Positions 21,284 to 34,101 of a stretch of DNA of 64,000 nucleotides are shown in pieces; within the stretch, counting starts at the first letter, position 1, and each line of letters opens with the position of its first letter. Location: NCBI GenBank assembly GCA_047495785.1, contig JBLDXI010000023.1, positions 1,302,001-1,366,000 on the forward strand, in the 5' to 3' direction. Below the pieces are notes generated by a model that was not told where the DNA came from, searched no databases, and saw only the letters and a list, made by a program, of their open reading frames with translations. This DNA is from Lepidodermella squamata. Lineage: Eukaryota; Animalia; Gastrotricha. The position numbers were made by a program, and so were the translations under genes.

Positions 21284-22360
21284 ATGATTTCGCCTGCTGC
21301 TATAATTTGCTTGTGTTTCAGCCTTGTAGGTGGCACCTTAGCTTCCCCGCCCACAATTGCTGGATGCCCGGTTTTCCCGGCAGACAACGTTTGGAACACC
21401 CCGGTGGACACCCTGCCCCTCCACCCTCAAAATGAAATTTACCTAAACGCTATCAGCCAGATGCCTGGGCAGAACAATCTGCGTTGTTATTTCGGAACCG
21501 GGCTGTTTCTCTACGGAATCCCACCTGGTATCCCTTATGTCGTAGTCTCAGGATCGCAGCCCAAGGTCAACGTTTCCTTCACCTTCTGGGACCAGTGCGA
21601 CCTTGTTGGCTACCCGATCCCAGACAACGTGCCGGTTGAAGTGAGCTCGGATGATCGCCACGCGATCATCATCGACAGTTCGACCTGCACTTTGTACGAA
21701 ATGCTCTACTACATCAGGAAGGACGATGGTAGCCATAGCGCTGCTTCCGGGGCTGTTTTTGACCTGAGATCAAACAAACTCAGGCCGGATGAGTGGGTCT
21801 CGGCTGACGGAGCTGGTCTTCCGCTGTTTCCCGGCTTGGTTCGCTGGGACGAGGTTGCTGCTGGGGAGATCAACCACGCGATTCGATTCACCCTGCCAAA
21901 GGTCCAGAACTCCCATGTTTGGCCCGCTCGTCACACCGAGTATTCCGAGACCGACCAGTCCAACCCGCCCATGGGAGTCCGTTTCCGCTTGAAGTCCTCC
22001 TTTAACATCACCGGGTTTTCGAAGACTAATCAGGTGATTCTGAAGGCCCTTCAGAAGTACGGTGCGATTTTGGCCGATCGTGGTATGAAGTGGTTTATGA
22101 CGGGAGAGCCGAATGCGAATTGGGATGATAACGATTTCAATAACCTGTACACGATTCAGTCCACGAATTTTGAGTTTGTCGATCAGTCCAAGCTGATGGT
22201 TAACAAGGATTCCGCCCAGGCTAAGCTTCCCTCGACAGCTAAGGCTGCTGGTTCTACTACGACCACTACTAGAAAGCCGGCTACTACCACGAGCACAACT
22301 CGCAAGCCGACTTCTACGACAACAGCACAAAAGTCTACCACTAAGAAATCGAAAAATTGA
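21284..22360 (+). CDS. Secreted protein of an uncharacterised, mainly bacterial family, with a Thr/Lys-rich tail
   Basis: Signal peptide; motifs GCPVFPADNVWNTPVD, GIPYVVV, DRHAIIID, SADGAGLP.FPGL, HAIRFT, PPMG.RFRLK and ALQKYGAILADRG; intronless and visibly more GC-rich than its flanks. Confidence 0.85.
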   Translation: MISPAAIICLCFSLVGGTLASPPTIAGCPVFPADNVWNTPVDTLPLHPQNEIYLNAISQMPGQNNLRCYFGTGLFLYGIPPGIPYVVVSGSQPKVNVSFTFWDQCDLVGYPIPDNVPVEVSSDDRHAIIIDSSTCTLYEMLYYIRKDDGSHSAASGAVFDLRSNKLRPDEWVSADGAGLPLFPGLVRWDEVAAGEINHAIRFTLPKVQNSHVWPARHTEYSETDQSNPPMGVRFRLKSSFNITGFSKTNQVILKALQKYGAILADRGMKWFMTGEPNANWDDNDFNNLYTIQSTNFEFVDQSKLMVNKDSAQAKLPSTAKAAGSTTTTTRKPATTTSTTRKPTSTTTAQKSTTKKSKN

Positions 22361-22996
22361 AATTGAAGTTAAGAAAATGGAGGGGAATGTTCGACGTTGA
22401 CATGGTATCACGAGGAAATGTGGAAATGCGCAGGAATAAACGAATTTGAAAAAGAAGCATTAGGGAGATTGAGTCTAAAGCACGTCTTGCCGCTTTGATC
22501 TGTGAGGTTAAAAAGGAAAGGGGGAAGTCTACAAACTCAATTTCTGATCACTGGGATCGAACCGATTCAATGACATCGACTCAGCCTGAAAGAAGTTGCA
22601 CTTAATGAAGGGTTGGCAATAGAAGAGGTTTATTCCTAACGAAAACGGTTCGATCGATAGGAATGAACTTTCAAGAAACTTCCGCCATATAAATCAATGG
22701 AATTCGTAAGGTTTGAAATATTGCTCCTTCTAACGAAATATCGATATTAAATATAATCTGTAAAAACAGAAAACGCAGTTCGTCACGGCGAAGACAGCGG
22801 ATATTTCGATTTTTTCGCTTCTATGACGCTGTGGATACGTCATTGCCGAGATGTGCATAAATCAAACACAGCGCCGCTGTTCTAACCCCGCCTTGGGTGG
22901 TGGACTATGCTGACTGACGGGACAAAAATAGTTTTAGCCAACAAGACTTCCATTTTGCCATAATGCTACATTGTTTTCTTGCAGTTTCAACTCGAT

Positions 22997-25772
22997 ATGT
23001 GTTTCCTACTTCCTACTAAGATTTTCGATGGCAGTCAAGCTTATTTCAGCTAGTTTTCAAGGTGAGCTTCCAATAGGAAAACAGAATAAGCCCCAGTGCC
23101 GAAATACAGCTCTGTTCTATAGTTTTTTGGACCAGAAATTTGTGGAGCCATGATTTGTCCGACTACGCGTACTGCATCTTGCAGGGGAAATTCCGGGAGA
23201 TTTGAATCGTCTAAATCAGCAGTAAATCAAGGGTGCTACATTACAGGCTAACTGGGTTTACCCTTGAAATGCGGCGCTTGATACATGACCTGTCTCTATG
23301 TCACAGACTTTACCACAATTTTATTGATGATGAGACGTTTTCGGACTTCTTCGAACTTCGAAATATCCAAAAACCCTCGACTACCGCACATGCTATTGTA
23401 ATGAAAAAGTTCAGGAAAATGAACTTTCAATATTCTTTCGTCAGACGCGTTCGTGGCGCTTGGAACCATCTACCTTCTACTATCATTGCCAGTTCGCACA
23501 ACGTATTCATTAATTATGTGAAGAAAAATGCTGATAATCTGCGAAAATACACTACATCTGCCTTACCAATTGCTAAATGTTGAAAAACAAAATGCAACAA
23601 TAAAAACAGCAACAGCAACAGCAACATTATTTGCTAAACAAATCATCTTAAAAATGTTGTAAATAAAATCACCAAAAAATGGCTTGAATCAAATCAAATC
23701 AAATCAAAGTCTCTGCTGCTTATTGCCAACCTGCTAAATTAAAAATGGGCAAAATGTTTCGCCGAGCCGATTATAACAATATCTCAACTTTTGATTTTTG
23801 TTTTGCGATTGTTGAGATTGATCGGCCAAACATAGAGTTGGTCCGGAATATCCATGAAATCGACATAATTTGACAAGTTTGGTAACAGGGCGTGAACATA
23901 GTCGAATAATTTGAATGCTTTGAGTAAAATCGATCGAACCAGCAACCGACATCAGAGAGTTTTTTGGCCCCATCCAGGCAATGATATACATTTTATTATA
24001 CTCCAGTATAGATCCATATTCTACCAAACTCAGCGAGGATAACATATATTAAGCGTACATGGCAGTTGCATTTGTCCGTCAAAAGTTGAAAAACAACGGC
24101 GCATCTCACCTGTGTCCTGTGTCATGTGATCTAGCTGATATTTCATACTGCGCAATAGGCCTTCTCTTGCACTTCGTACGGTAAGATGTAAGCTCTATTA
24201 GTCGTTATGGCATAAATATTTTCAACCAACTGCAGCAATGGTATATTTAGCGGGTCCGTTGGCATCTTTGATTGTAACTTTCCTGCCTTTTCTTAGGCTA
24301 TCTTTGCAAGGTAAGACGAATGAATTTTCGAATTTGAATGATAATTTATCCGTTTTAAAGCTTGCTCTCCCGAGTGCGATCAAAGGGGCGGATTTTGCAG
24401 CTCTAGCAACACTTGCCAATGCTTAGCACGATTCACAGGATCTGATTGTTCGCAAAGTAACCACCTGCCTGAATGAAAGATGCTAACTACCTTCATCAAT
24501 GCAGAAATAGGTCCCATGACAAATCCAGACAGTTACTTGCCCGAATATTCTTACACGGGTGATGGGAATTATGGTAAAATTGAAAAATGTCTCAATTTAT
24601 TAAAACATCAATCCGTTCTTCAAGAGACGAATTGGCTGTTTAAAAGTAACAAGAATTTCAACAGAATCGGGACTAATGGCGAACTACTTTTGACTTCGAC
24701 TTCAAAATCGACATACACAACACTGTCTAACAAGAATGTAAAATGAAATACATGAAAACTAAGTTAACTCATAACATCATCGTCTCTAGTTATTTCTGTT
24801 AAACGATTTTTCGATAAATTTCACGATGTCCATCGATGGGTGGACAGATATGTATGCCATTGGCGTAGTTTCCAACTCATCGATCAGTTACACGGTTACT
24901 CCGTCAAATTTGGGAAATTTGCTGAATTACGACACATTCTGCGGGTTCTCGCTGAGGGTCTGGAGTTACAGGAGCACTTACCACGTATTGAAGTCGCAAA
25001 GCTGCACTGAGGTCGATGTTTCAGATTCTTCATCGCAACCTAGTGCGTCGTTCGATAAGACTATAACAACGGACCCACATCACGTTGGCATTGTTGTGAG
25101 GAACGGCAACAAGCTTTGGATGGACCTTTGCACGGCTTCGACTTGTATGTCACCTTTTAAAGGAGTGGTGCTGTCGAATCCCATACCGATATCAGATGCT
25201 AAAGTCGACCCGGCTGTTCTCGTTATAACTGCTTACAACTCAGGGACTTATGCACCTATGAAAATTGTCGATTTCAGGGTTTATAGCTTATGTAAGTTCC
25301 ACTAGCGATTGAAGATTCCATCACGAAAAAGTATCAAAATGCTTAATTTATTGATTTCAGTCACGCCATCATGTCAACCAGCAGGCTGCGGAAAAGGTTA
25401 CTGCATCGGGCCGAGGAAATGTGCCTGTAAGAAAGGTTGGACAGGACCTAGATGCGACCAACGTGAGTACCTTGCGCTTCGTTTTCCTGGCTGAATTTCG
25501 CTTTTGACGTTCAGAATTGTGTGGATCCGTGATTTGCTCCAGAAACGCCTATTGTACAGCCCCAAATACCTGCACATGTTTCGACAAATGGAAAGCAGGC
25601 CCCGACTGTTTACAAGGTATATTTTAGTTTAAATAATAGGCCGTAAGACTTTGTATTGATGGTCCATTATATAGACGTAAGCGACTGCAAAATCTTGAAG
25701 CGCTGTACGGCCATGATGTGCACCTGCGACGATGTTTCGGAACGTCGCGACTGCAACGATCTAAGTTTTTGA
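22997..25772 (+). pseudogene. EGF + lectin-like gene, paralog 2 (5' end damaged, may be a pseudogene)
   Basis: Exons homologous to 15100-17363 (KLISAS..|gt, PEYSY, DFSINFTM...KLWMDLCTASTC, CACKKGWTGPRC, CTCDDVSERRDCND); a 7-bp duplication shifts the frame after the ATG; first EGF exon is degenerate. Confidence 0.65.
23233..23707 (+). mobile_element. CR1/L2-type LINE 3' end located in an intron
   Basis: LEMRRLIHDL...FQYSFVRRVRGAWNHLP C-terminal ORF2 signature, AATAAA and an (AATCA)n tail at ~23687-23707. Confidence 0.8.
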
Positions 25773-26623
25773 TGGTCGGATCCTGAAATTTACTGCCGCC
25801 GAAATTCAAAAATTAATCAACATTATTAAAATCGAAAAAAATTACGAAAACTAAGATGACAAAATGTTTGAAAGACTAATATTCCTGACAAAAATGATAC
25901 CTAGTAATATTAATAAAAATTATACTAATAAAAATAATCGTAGGGGGACAAATAAGACGAGGACAAATACGACGGGACAATTAAGACGGGACAAATAAGA
26001 CAAGGACGAATAAGATAATCAATTATTAATTTTATAACGGGACAATTAAGACGAGGACAATTAAGACGCGGACAAATAAGACGGGACAATTAAGACGGGT
26101 TAAAAATTGATATTATTGGCGGACAATTAAGACAGGACAATTAAGACGGGACAAATAAGATAATAAATAAATTAAATAAATTATTATAAAATAGGACAAT
26201 TAAGACGGGCCATTTAAGACGCAGTTCTATTGGTCAGAAATTTTGAAATTTAATTGTGTACACACCGGCATCAGTTCGCCATTGGTCAGTGGCTTTTTTA
26301 AATTTTATCAATATTTTACTTGATATAATTATATATACATTTCTATGTTATCCATACCGCAGAGCATTTAACTATTGTAATAAGAAATCGATGCTTTCAA
26401 TTGCGTAGTGATTTCATTCAAGTTTTTCTCGCAGCGTATTTTTTCTACAACAACAAGTATCAGCCGCTGATAAAAATATTTTTCATGATCTCGTGGCGTA
26501 TTATAATTAGAAATTGATGCTTTCTATTGCGTGGTGATTTCATTCATGATCGATGCACGCATTTTACTGCATTTTTCTTCAACATGAAACCATTGATACT
26601 CTACCACCTCAGAAAAAACAATA

Positions 26624-29076
26624 TCACGGAACAAAGTTCTCAATATCATCGTCATCATTATCATCGATGTCTTCGACTGCTTGAATGTTGGCGAATTCAT
26701 CTTCATCTTCATAATCATCGGCGTCTTCGTCGTCCTCTTCATCTTCGTCTTCGTGTTCACCAGTGAGTACCTCTGGCTCGACGTCGAGGGGTCCGCCATG
26801 CGCACGGTAGGCAGAATCTACAGCTTCCAGGTACAGCAGCAACCGCGGGTTATTTGGCTCCAACGTGAACACTGAATCTCTCGTAGCAGTTTTCACCAGA
26901 TTATTCAGCTGAGCATCGAGCTGTACGCTGTCAGCATGACGCGCTCGGCCAATCGTGCAGCCATGCCGAAGACGGAACACAGTTTGTTCAGTCTGGTTTT
27001 GAACCACCTTTAACCTTTCGATGAAGGTCTTTAAAGGAAGGTGAACGCCAAGGCATGGTCTCGAAGTTTTGTGGAAATTCTCCAGAGAAGCATCAGAACG
27101 CGGTAATCCCAGCACAACACGATCATATTGACACCACTGGTCTGGTGGATATCGAGCAGCGTGAGCATGTCCAAACTCGTCGTCGTAACCAACAAACACA
27201 CGTCGGAAATAAAGATAAAGGTCTCTCAGTGTCGGATGCGTTACAAGCAACCCGCTTCTGCCCAAGCTATCCATGAGTTGCTCGAACAAAGGCCTAACCA
27301 AGTCAACAGGAACAAAAGCCAGCGTGCATAGAAAGCGGATCGCCTTGCGGACATTTTCGTCATTGAGATAACTCAGCCATAGATTCAGCTTCTTTGCCTA
27401 TAATTATCGAAACATCAATTTAACACGCCAAGTAGCATAACTGAGATACCTTCTTCAAAATACACTGAACGAAATGGAAAAAGCAGCCAACCAAAACGGC
27501 GTTTTCACCGAAGACTTGGCGAAATGCTCCTCGAATGGCAGCCTCGAAATCGCACATCAGCGAATCAGGGATGAAATCTAGCACAAAACAAAGAATAATA
27601 GTCAATGAAAGCGGTAATTTGGATGATTGGATTTACCCGGTAATTTTTTCTTCAATATCTTGAAAACTCGCCGATAAGACCTGCGACGTTTGTTTGGCAG
27701 CAAAGCGAAGAGAACAGGAATGCCAAGGGTTCGAGTGTTACCATCTTGAACAGTTGTATGAAAGTAATGAATTGTAAAGAGCTGGAGAAATCCACGCGGT
27801 GCTGATGCGAAAGTCCCATCTGCAGCAATGTTTCGATGTGATAACAAGTTATGCAGCTGATTTTTCGTGCCAAAAACGATTATGCGCTCGGGGTCGCTGG
27901 CTCCAGTGTCGCAAATGAGGAATGGCTGGCCTCTGGCAGTAAAAGCCTGTACATTCTCAATTTCCTGAGCCACAGCCCCTGAAGCTGCTGCTGAAGCCGG
28001 TGAAGAAGAAGACGCTGATGCGGATCGATGGCGTTTGACAATCTTGCGCAGAGCTTCCTCCGATGGCATGAAAACCTGCATTTCCTCAGGAGCACCGTAA
28101 GTACCCATGGAAATGATGAAATTCGGAGGTTCGAGGGTTGTGGAGCGAGCTCGCTCTGCGATTCTGCCAATTGCCATGTGTGCCAGTAACTCGAGTTTTT
28201 CAGGACGACGGTGATTATCATGGATCTGACCTTCCTGCCCAGGCAATGGCTCGTAAGGATGATAAGGCTGCGTTACGATTGAGCGAAGGCAGTTATCAGG
28301 GGCTGACTTTTCATTGCAACGCCAAATAAGGTTGCCATTTTCATCTTTTCGAACTTGTCGGAATCTATGTCCTTCGAAAACTCGCAACGGTTTACCCTGT
28401 TGTGACAGCAAGACTTTTGGCGTTCGAGTCCAATCCACTTCTACAGCTTGACCTGTTGCGACTGAACGTGAACGCCGAGAAGACAAGGACCGAGGGCGAA
28501 CTTCATATACCATGTCTGCAAAAGAAATTCATCAATGATGTACTACAAGGGAAAAATTACAGTACCTCGAGCGGAATTCCGTCGATGACGAATCGGACCG
28601 ATACCACCGCGGTTACTCGAAGATTGGCTTGGAGCCGAGCTGGCAGGTTGAAATACGTTTGTTGGCATATCGGCCACAGTTGCAGGACGCTGAGCCGATG
28701 TCGGCTGGGTAATATCAGGGCTTACGCTACCTTCACTGATATCTAATTGCAAATAGTAGATGATAAAATAAGGATGATTATCAAGTGTTTCTATATTACC
28801 GGGTAAGGATTCGTCAGAATCCACAGGACGCGATGCGCGGCCTCTTCCTCGAGGGCGTCCACGCCGGGCTTGAGTCCTACCTCTACCAGGTGGACGACCC
28901 CTCGACCCCGCTGACCTTGACCTTGATCTTGCTAGTCTCGAGGCCCCACGAGAAGGCCCAGGTGGACGACCTCTGCGACGTCGTGGAGGAGAAAAATCCA
29001 GCGAATCAGGGGTTGATGGCGATGGTGTTGTTGGGATCGCAACGGCGAAATCGAAAGATTGCGACAATGTCGTCAT
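26624..29076 (-). CDS. MULE transposase (AT-hook-like, FLYWCH-like, DDE, acidic tail), spliced
   Basis: RGRP repeats; GKP...GHRF...WRC...C...HDNH; ADGTF; MCDFEAA; GCFFHF; SLENFH; short GT-AG introns join the ORF-track pieces in frame. The start codon is uncertain. Confidence 0.88.
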
Positions 29077-29407
29077 TGGCTTCGGCCGATCGGGCTTGAG
29101 ATGTATCATTTTCGTTATCCTCTTGGGTTGCAGAGTTAGGGATGGTAGCTGTCACGCTCGGCAAAAGAAGGTGCGCTGGCCAATCAGTAACTGGTTCGCC
29201 TTCATGGGGCTCGCGGGTATTTAGGTTGAACATTCGCCTCAGGTCGATGACAGTGAAATAAGCTCGGCAAGAAGCGCATTTTCTATCGCTAGTTAGCTGA
29301 ACCTGATATTTAAGGCACAGTCTGCAGGCGTAATGCCCACAGGGTAGGGTAATGGTGTCATACAGACCTTCCAAACAGATGGGGCAAGTAAAGGATAAAT
29401 CAGACAT
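29006..29407 (-). CDS. C3HC4 RING-finger ORF at the 5' end of the MULE
   Basis: CPIC...LPCGHYACRLC...CASCR; overlaps the transposase frame by a 1-nt offset. Confidence 0.8.
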   Translation of the reverse strand: MSDLSFTCPICLEGLYDTITLPCGHYACRLCLKYQVQLTSDRKCASCRAYFTVIDLRRMFNLNTREPHEGEPVTDWPAHLLLPSVTATIPNSATQEDNENDTSQARSAEANDDIVAIFRFRRCDPNNTIAINP

Positions 29408-30129
29408 TGCTAGGACTCGATGCCAGTTTTAAGCTTGATCAGGCAAATTTATAAGGCGACCTGATGCATGTCATACACAACGCCACGAGGTCACAAAAAA
29501 TATCAAAACGCCACGAGATCATTTTTCAGCTGCCGATAGTTGTAGAAAAAATACGCTGCGAGAAAAACTTGAATGAAATCACTACGCAATTGAAAGCATC
29601 GATTTCTTATTACAATAGTTAAATGCTCTGCGGTATGGATAACATAGAAATGTATATATAATTATATCAAGTAAAATATTGATAAAATTTAAAAAAGCCA
29701 CTGACCAATGGCGAACTGATGCCGGTGTGTACACAATTAAATTTCAAAATTTCTGACCAATAGAACTGCGTCTTAAATGGCCCGTCTTAATTGTCCTATT
29801 TTATAATAATTTATTTAATTTATTTATTATCTTATTTGTCCCGTCTTAATTGTCCTGTCTTAATTGTCCGCCAATAATATCAATTTTTAACCCGTCTTAA
29901 TTGTCCCGTCTTATTTGTCCGCGTCTTAATTGTCCTCGTCTTAATTGTCCCGTTATAAAATTAATAATTAATTATCTTATTCGTCCTTGTCTTATTTGTC
30001 CTGTCTTAATTGTCCATATCTTAATTGTCCTGTCTTATTTGTACCCTTTCCAAAATAATAAATAATAATCGTAATACGTCGAATAAAAAATATTAAAATA
30101 AAAAAAAAATAAAAAAAAATCATCTCCAT

Positions 30130-30205
30130 TTGGAAAGCGCGGCTGGGATTCGAACCCTCCCATGGTAAATCTATGTGTGAGCGTAGCTGTCAATCTATCT
30201 CAGCG
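30130..30205 (-). pseudogene. tRNA-like remnant (B box)
   Basis: GGGTTCGAATCCCAGCCGCG on the minus strand followed by long T-runs; A box degenerate. Confidence 0.35.
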
Positions 30206-30459
30206 TTTGCTGCATGAAAAAGCGCACACATGGCACGTGCTTTAATTTTTATTGCTCATTCATTAATCGTAAACAGATGATGTCAAATCATTTGCTCATT
30301 TTTACACGAAAATAGCAAAAATCATTATGAATGACTGAATGCTGTCAAGTCTTTTAACTCATAACTTTTGAAGTCCATCTTCTCCTCTTTAACCATTTTC
30401 AAACTAATTTCACTGCTAGCATTACATTTTTAATACGGATTTAGTTTTACTTCGGTTAA

Positions 30460-33400
30460 ATGGCTTTTGAGCTTATTTTCGGTCGAGATGCTTCGCCCGG
30501 ATCTGAGGCAATTTGTAAAATCCTCGACTCTCTCAACACTCGGGACGATATCGAGATATTTTCCACCGAAGTTCGTACCCGAGCCGCTGGTGGGCCTGAT
30601 TCAGTCAAAGATTACCAGGCGAAAATTGTCGAGTTGGAAAATCAAGGAAAAATCGCCCGTGATCAGTCCAAGTTTGAAGAGGCTCTCGCGGCTTGTCGCG
30701 AATCGGCCGAGTTACGCGGCCATTTCACGAATTCAACTTCTCGCAACCTCGTCGAAATTTACGAAAAATTGAACCGATACGAAGAGGCTGTTTCAACCCT
30801 ATTCTTAGCTAAATACTGCTACGATTACGACGATCAGCGTTGGCTGCTGGATAAGTTCGAAAGTCTGTACAAGCATCTCGGCTATTCCAGCGACTCGAAG
30901 TACAATGATGCCGATCTTCAATCTAACAGTTTGGACCGAATTGCGAAATTCAACGATTTTTCGGATGAGACTATTTTCAAGTTGATTTTCCCGGTTTTTC
31001 ACTTCATTCAAAACGCTGATCAACGCACGAATATGATCAAAGACCGGCACAAGCAGGCATTTTACGATGAAGTCGGCCAGAATAAAAGTTTGGTCAAGTT
31101 TCTGGAAAAGGTTGACATGTCAGATTTCACCCTCGATCGGCGCCACTTCGTGTGGGCTTTACTCTTCGTGTCCAGGCGCCTGGCGACTGAGCGGGAGGAT
31201 CAATTCATGTCAGTTCGCTGGGTGTCTCAAATGGTCTATCGATTGAATGCGACTTCAGTTATGCCTGGGGCGCTTGAAAAATTGTCGAAATTCGACCCTG
31301 GAGCTTTGGATCGATTTCATGGCGATATGGTTGGTCCAGTCCTGCCAACGGTTCATTTCATTGTCCAGGGCGACCCGAGGAGAGGGAGGCATACATTCCC
31401 GTACCCGTTTTCCGACTTCTTCTGGTACTGCTCTGTAGCTTGCTTGCCGTTTTTCGCTGGAAAAGAGCTGAGTTCTGTGAGATTCGGCGCGGTTGATTTC
31501 ATTGGAGTTGTTGAGATGTCGACAATGTTGCTGGTGAAGTTTGAGGAGCTGTTCGAGTCATGCTCGAATTCAATGGTTGACGGGTTGAAGCACGAGGCTG
31601 TGTCTAATCCTAATGGGCTGGTACAGAGTTTCGATTTGATGCTACTCGCAATCATTGCCAATTTCGCAAAGTGGAGAGAGGTTGGTTAACCAGAATATTT
31701 CCTCTAGATTTTTTGTATTGGAGCATTGGTTATACGACAATATAGCCCAAGACAAAATAGCCCCGACAATGTAGCCCCGACAATATAGCCCCGACTGGCT
31801 ATCCCGTCGACAAAATATCCCCAGACAAATGAGCCCAAATAAAAACGATTATTTTTGGCGACAATTTATCCCAAGACGAATGAGCCTAAATGGAAAAAAT
31901 TCTTTTCGAGGACAAAATATCCCCGACGTTTCAGCCCAAAATAGAATAAATGGGCTTGTGTGCATCGAGTTCCGGGCTAGCGGGCTGCCGGCTTGTCGGC
32001 GTCTGGATCATCCAACAGCAGATTTGTGGGCGTTGATAGATCTCAACCGTCAACGAGTGGTGATGCTGGTTCCGATGATGGAGTTATTGCGAGTGGTTCC
32101 TGGTTTCTATGATGACCCGTCACTTCGTCGGCCAGGCTCAGGCACCTCGATACCAAATGGAACTAATTCTATTGTGCGCGTCAGCGCTTCTACCGACAAT
32201 TAGCAAGTTTCAAATAAAATACAGGAATTTGGGCTAATTTGTCGTGGGATTTTTTGCCGTTGCTATTTTATCGAGCGATTCGGGCTCATCTGTCTGGGGA
32301 TATTTTGTCGTTGCTATCTTGTCGGGGATTTTTGGCTAAATTGGCAGGGGCTAAATTGTCGCGTAACAAAATTAATGTTCTTGGGATATAACGTCGCGGG
32401 GCTATATTGTCTGGACTAAATAGTCGGGGCTATTATGTCTTGGGCTATATTGTCGTACCACCGGAGCATTCATGGAATTTATTTGTAATTTTGAGATGAT
32501 ATTTTCTTAGTCTTGAACTTTCTTTGACGAATTGATAAATAGCGTGAAAAATTGTTAATTTGAATTAAAGTTAATTTAATTTATTTGTTGAAATAAATTG
32601 AATTGAATTTAATTTAAATTCAAAAAATTTGAATAACCTAAAAATTCCTAGAAATTTCCATTGATTGAGCATTGGTCCGACTCAGTCCAGCTCAGGGAAG
32701 AGGGAGGGGGTAGTAAATGGAGTATCTTTGCAAATCGTAAGGGTGACCTAGAGACTATACTTTTTTTCGCAAAATTCGAAAATGTTCAAAAACCAGAAGG
32801 TGTTTTGCCCCTGTCCCAAGTTTCCCAAGATTCATCTGTAAACATAGCATTTCCGGAATTGAACAATTTAAATTACGTAAAATGCATAAATCATCAGTAA
32901 TATATTATGTAATATTTGGCTTGTAATTTTGATTATTTCCCTAATGTTACGCGTATTTCAGGTTTTATTTACGAACCCGCAGTTGGAAGAACTCGGCATG
33001 ACTGTGACGCAGTCCAAAATCATGACGAACCTGATCACGAATCTATCCGCTACCTTCGACTCGATCATCAGCACCTACATGAAACCGAAATACGCTAACC
33101 TCACGTCATGGAACACGTTTTTCCGCGACAACCAGCCGTCGTTTTTCGTCGTAGCAGCTAAAATCATTCGCTTCATCGGCGAAAACGCGGAAGATCTGGA
33201 CGAAGACAACATTTTTCCTCTCATCTCATCTGTCTCGCGAAGTCTGCATAACGCAATTTGTTTCGATTTATCCGATCCTGCTGACCCGATTCATCTGACG
33301 AAAATCACAGCTTGTCCGCAATTTGTCAAAAATTACGTCGCGGCTGGTAAAGCTCTGATGGTCCGAGCGAAGATGTTTCAGACTGATATTACGTCAATGC

Positions 33401-34008
33401 GAAAACTTTCGTTGAAAAAGCTCGATGCCATGAACGAAGATGCGAATGTTGTCATTGAATGTGGCTGCCTATTCTTCGTCATGACACTCGTCGAACTTGC
33501 GAAGGCTAGCCCGAAGATCATGGAACCACTGACTCCCGTAGCTGAGAGGCTTTTCCACTACTACAAGCCACCAGACTCAGGAGTTTTGGTCGCCTATTTG
33601 TTCAAATACGCGACTGAAAAGCAGAAGGAACGCTGGGCTAAGCCATCGAATGCGAAGCTGTTCAAAAACATGGCGAAATGGTACGTTCAGATCGTTGTAG
33701 ATCGTAAGTCGTTCGAGCTGGGCAAATCAAGCTGTTTGAACTCTTGCCTGGCCACGGCTAAGCTGCTTGATTCGAATTTGGTTCAAGTGAAAGATTTCGA
33801 ACTGACAGCTCAAGCTCAAAATCGGTTGATTTCTAACCTTGTCTCGTTGGCTTTGGATAGAACCGCTCAGTTGAGCGTTTTCGCTTCAAGCATTCTACTG
33901 GCTGCTCTGGTCAAGCAGGATCCTAAACTTCGATATTCTGTTCGAGATCAGCAGAAGAAAATTGTTGCTAATTTGCAACAGAAAATTAAGAATTTTCAAT
34001 TGAAGTGA
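30460..34008 (+). CDS. Uncharacterised ~755-aa alpha-helical protein with a TPR-like N-terminus, two exons (30460-31680 + 32962-34008)
   Basis: Donor GAG|GTTGGT at 31681 and acceptor TTTCAG|GTT at 32961 join the two long ORFs in phase 0; TPR-like segments QGKIARDQSKFEEALA and EIYEKLNRYEEAV. Confidence 0.7.
31728..32462. mobile_element. Non-autonomous MULE-like element in an intron
   Basis: TIR GGTTATACGACAATATAGCCCAAGAC / GTCTTGGGCTATATTGTCGTACCACC with GACAA..TAGCCC arrays; TSD GGAGCATT at 31720-31727 and 32463-32470. Confidence 0.88.
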
Positions 34009-34101
34009 TTTTCAATTTTCTTGGATGAAATAAATTTCGGGAATCTGTTGACTTCTTTATTTTCCCTCTAAAATATGCCTTAAACTATTAGATGATTAGT
34101 A

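Larger units (their letters stand above)
25940..30051 (-). mobile_element. Full-length Mutator-like (MULE) DNA transposon
   Basis: ~550-bp near-identical TIRs (25940-26500 and 29508-30051) with GGACAA(T/A)TAAGAC arrays; TSD AAAATAAT(C/A) at 25931-25939 and 30052-30060; internal transposase gene. Confidence 0.93.

Noticed and set aside
21770-22411. 213-aa antisense ORF
   Set aside because: Shadow of the GC-rich sense gene at 21284-22360.
25940-26225. Regularly repeated GGACAATTAAGAC units resembling a CRISPR array or iterons
   Set aside because: The units are 13-15 bp with no unique spacers, are mirrored at 29770-30045 as TIR subrepeats of a MULE, and there are no cas genes in this eukaryotic context.
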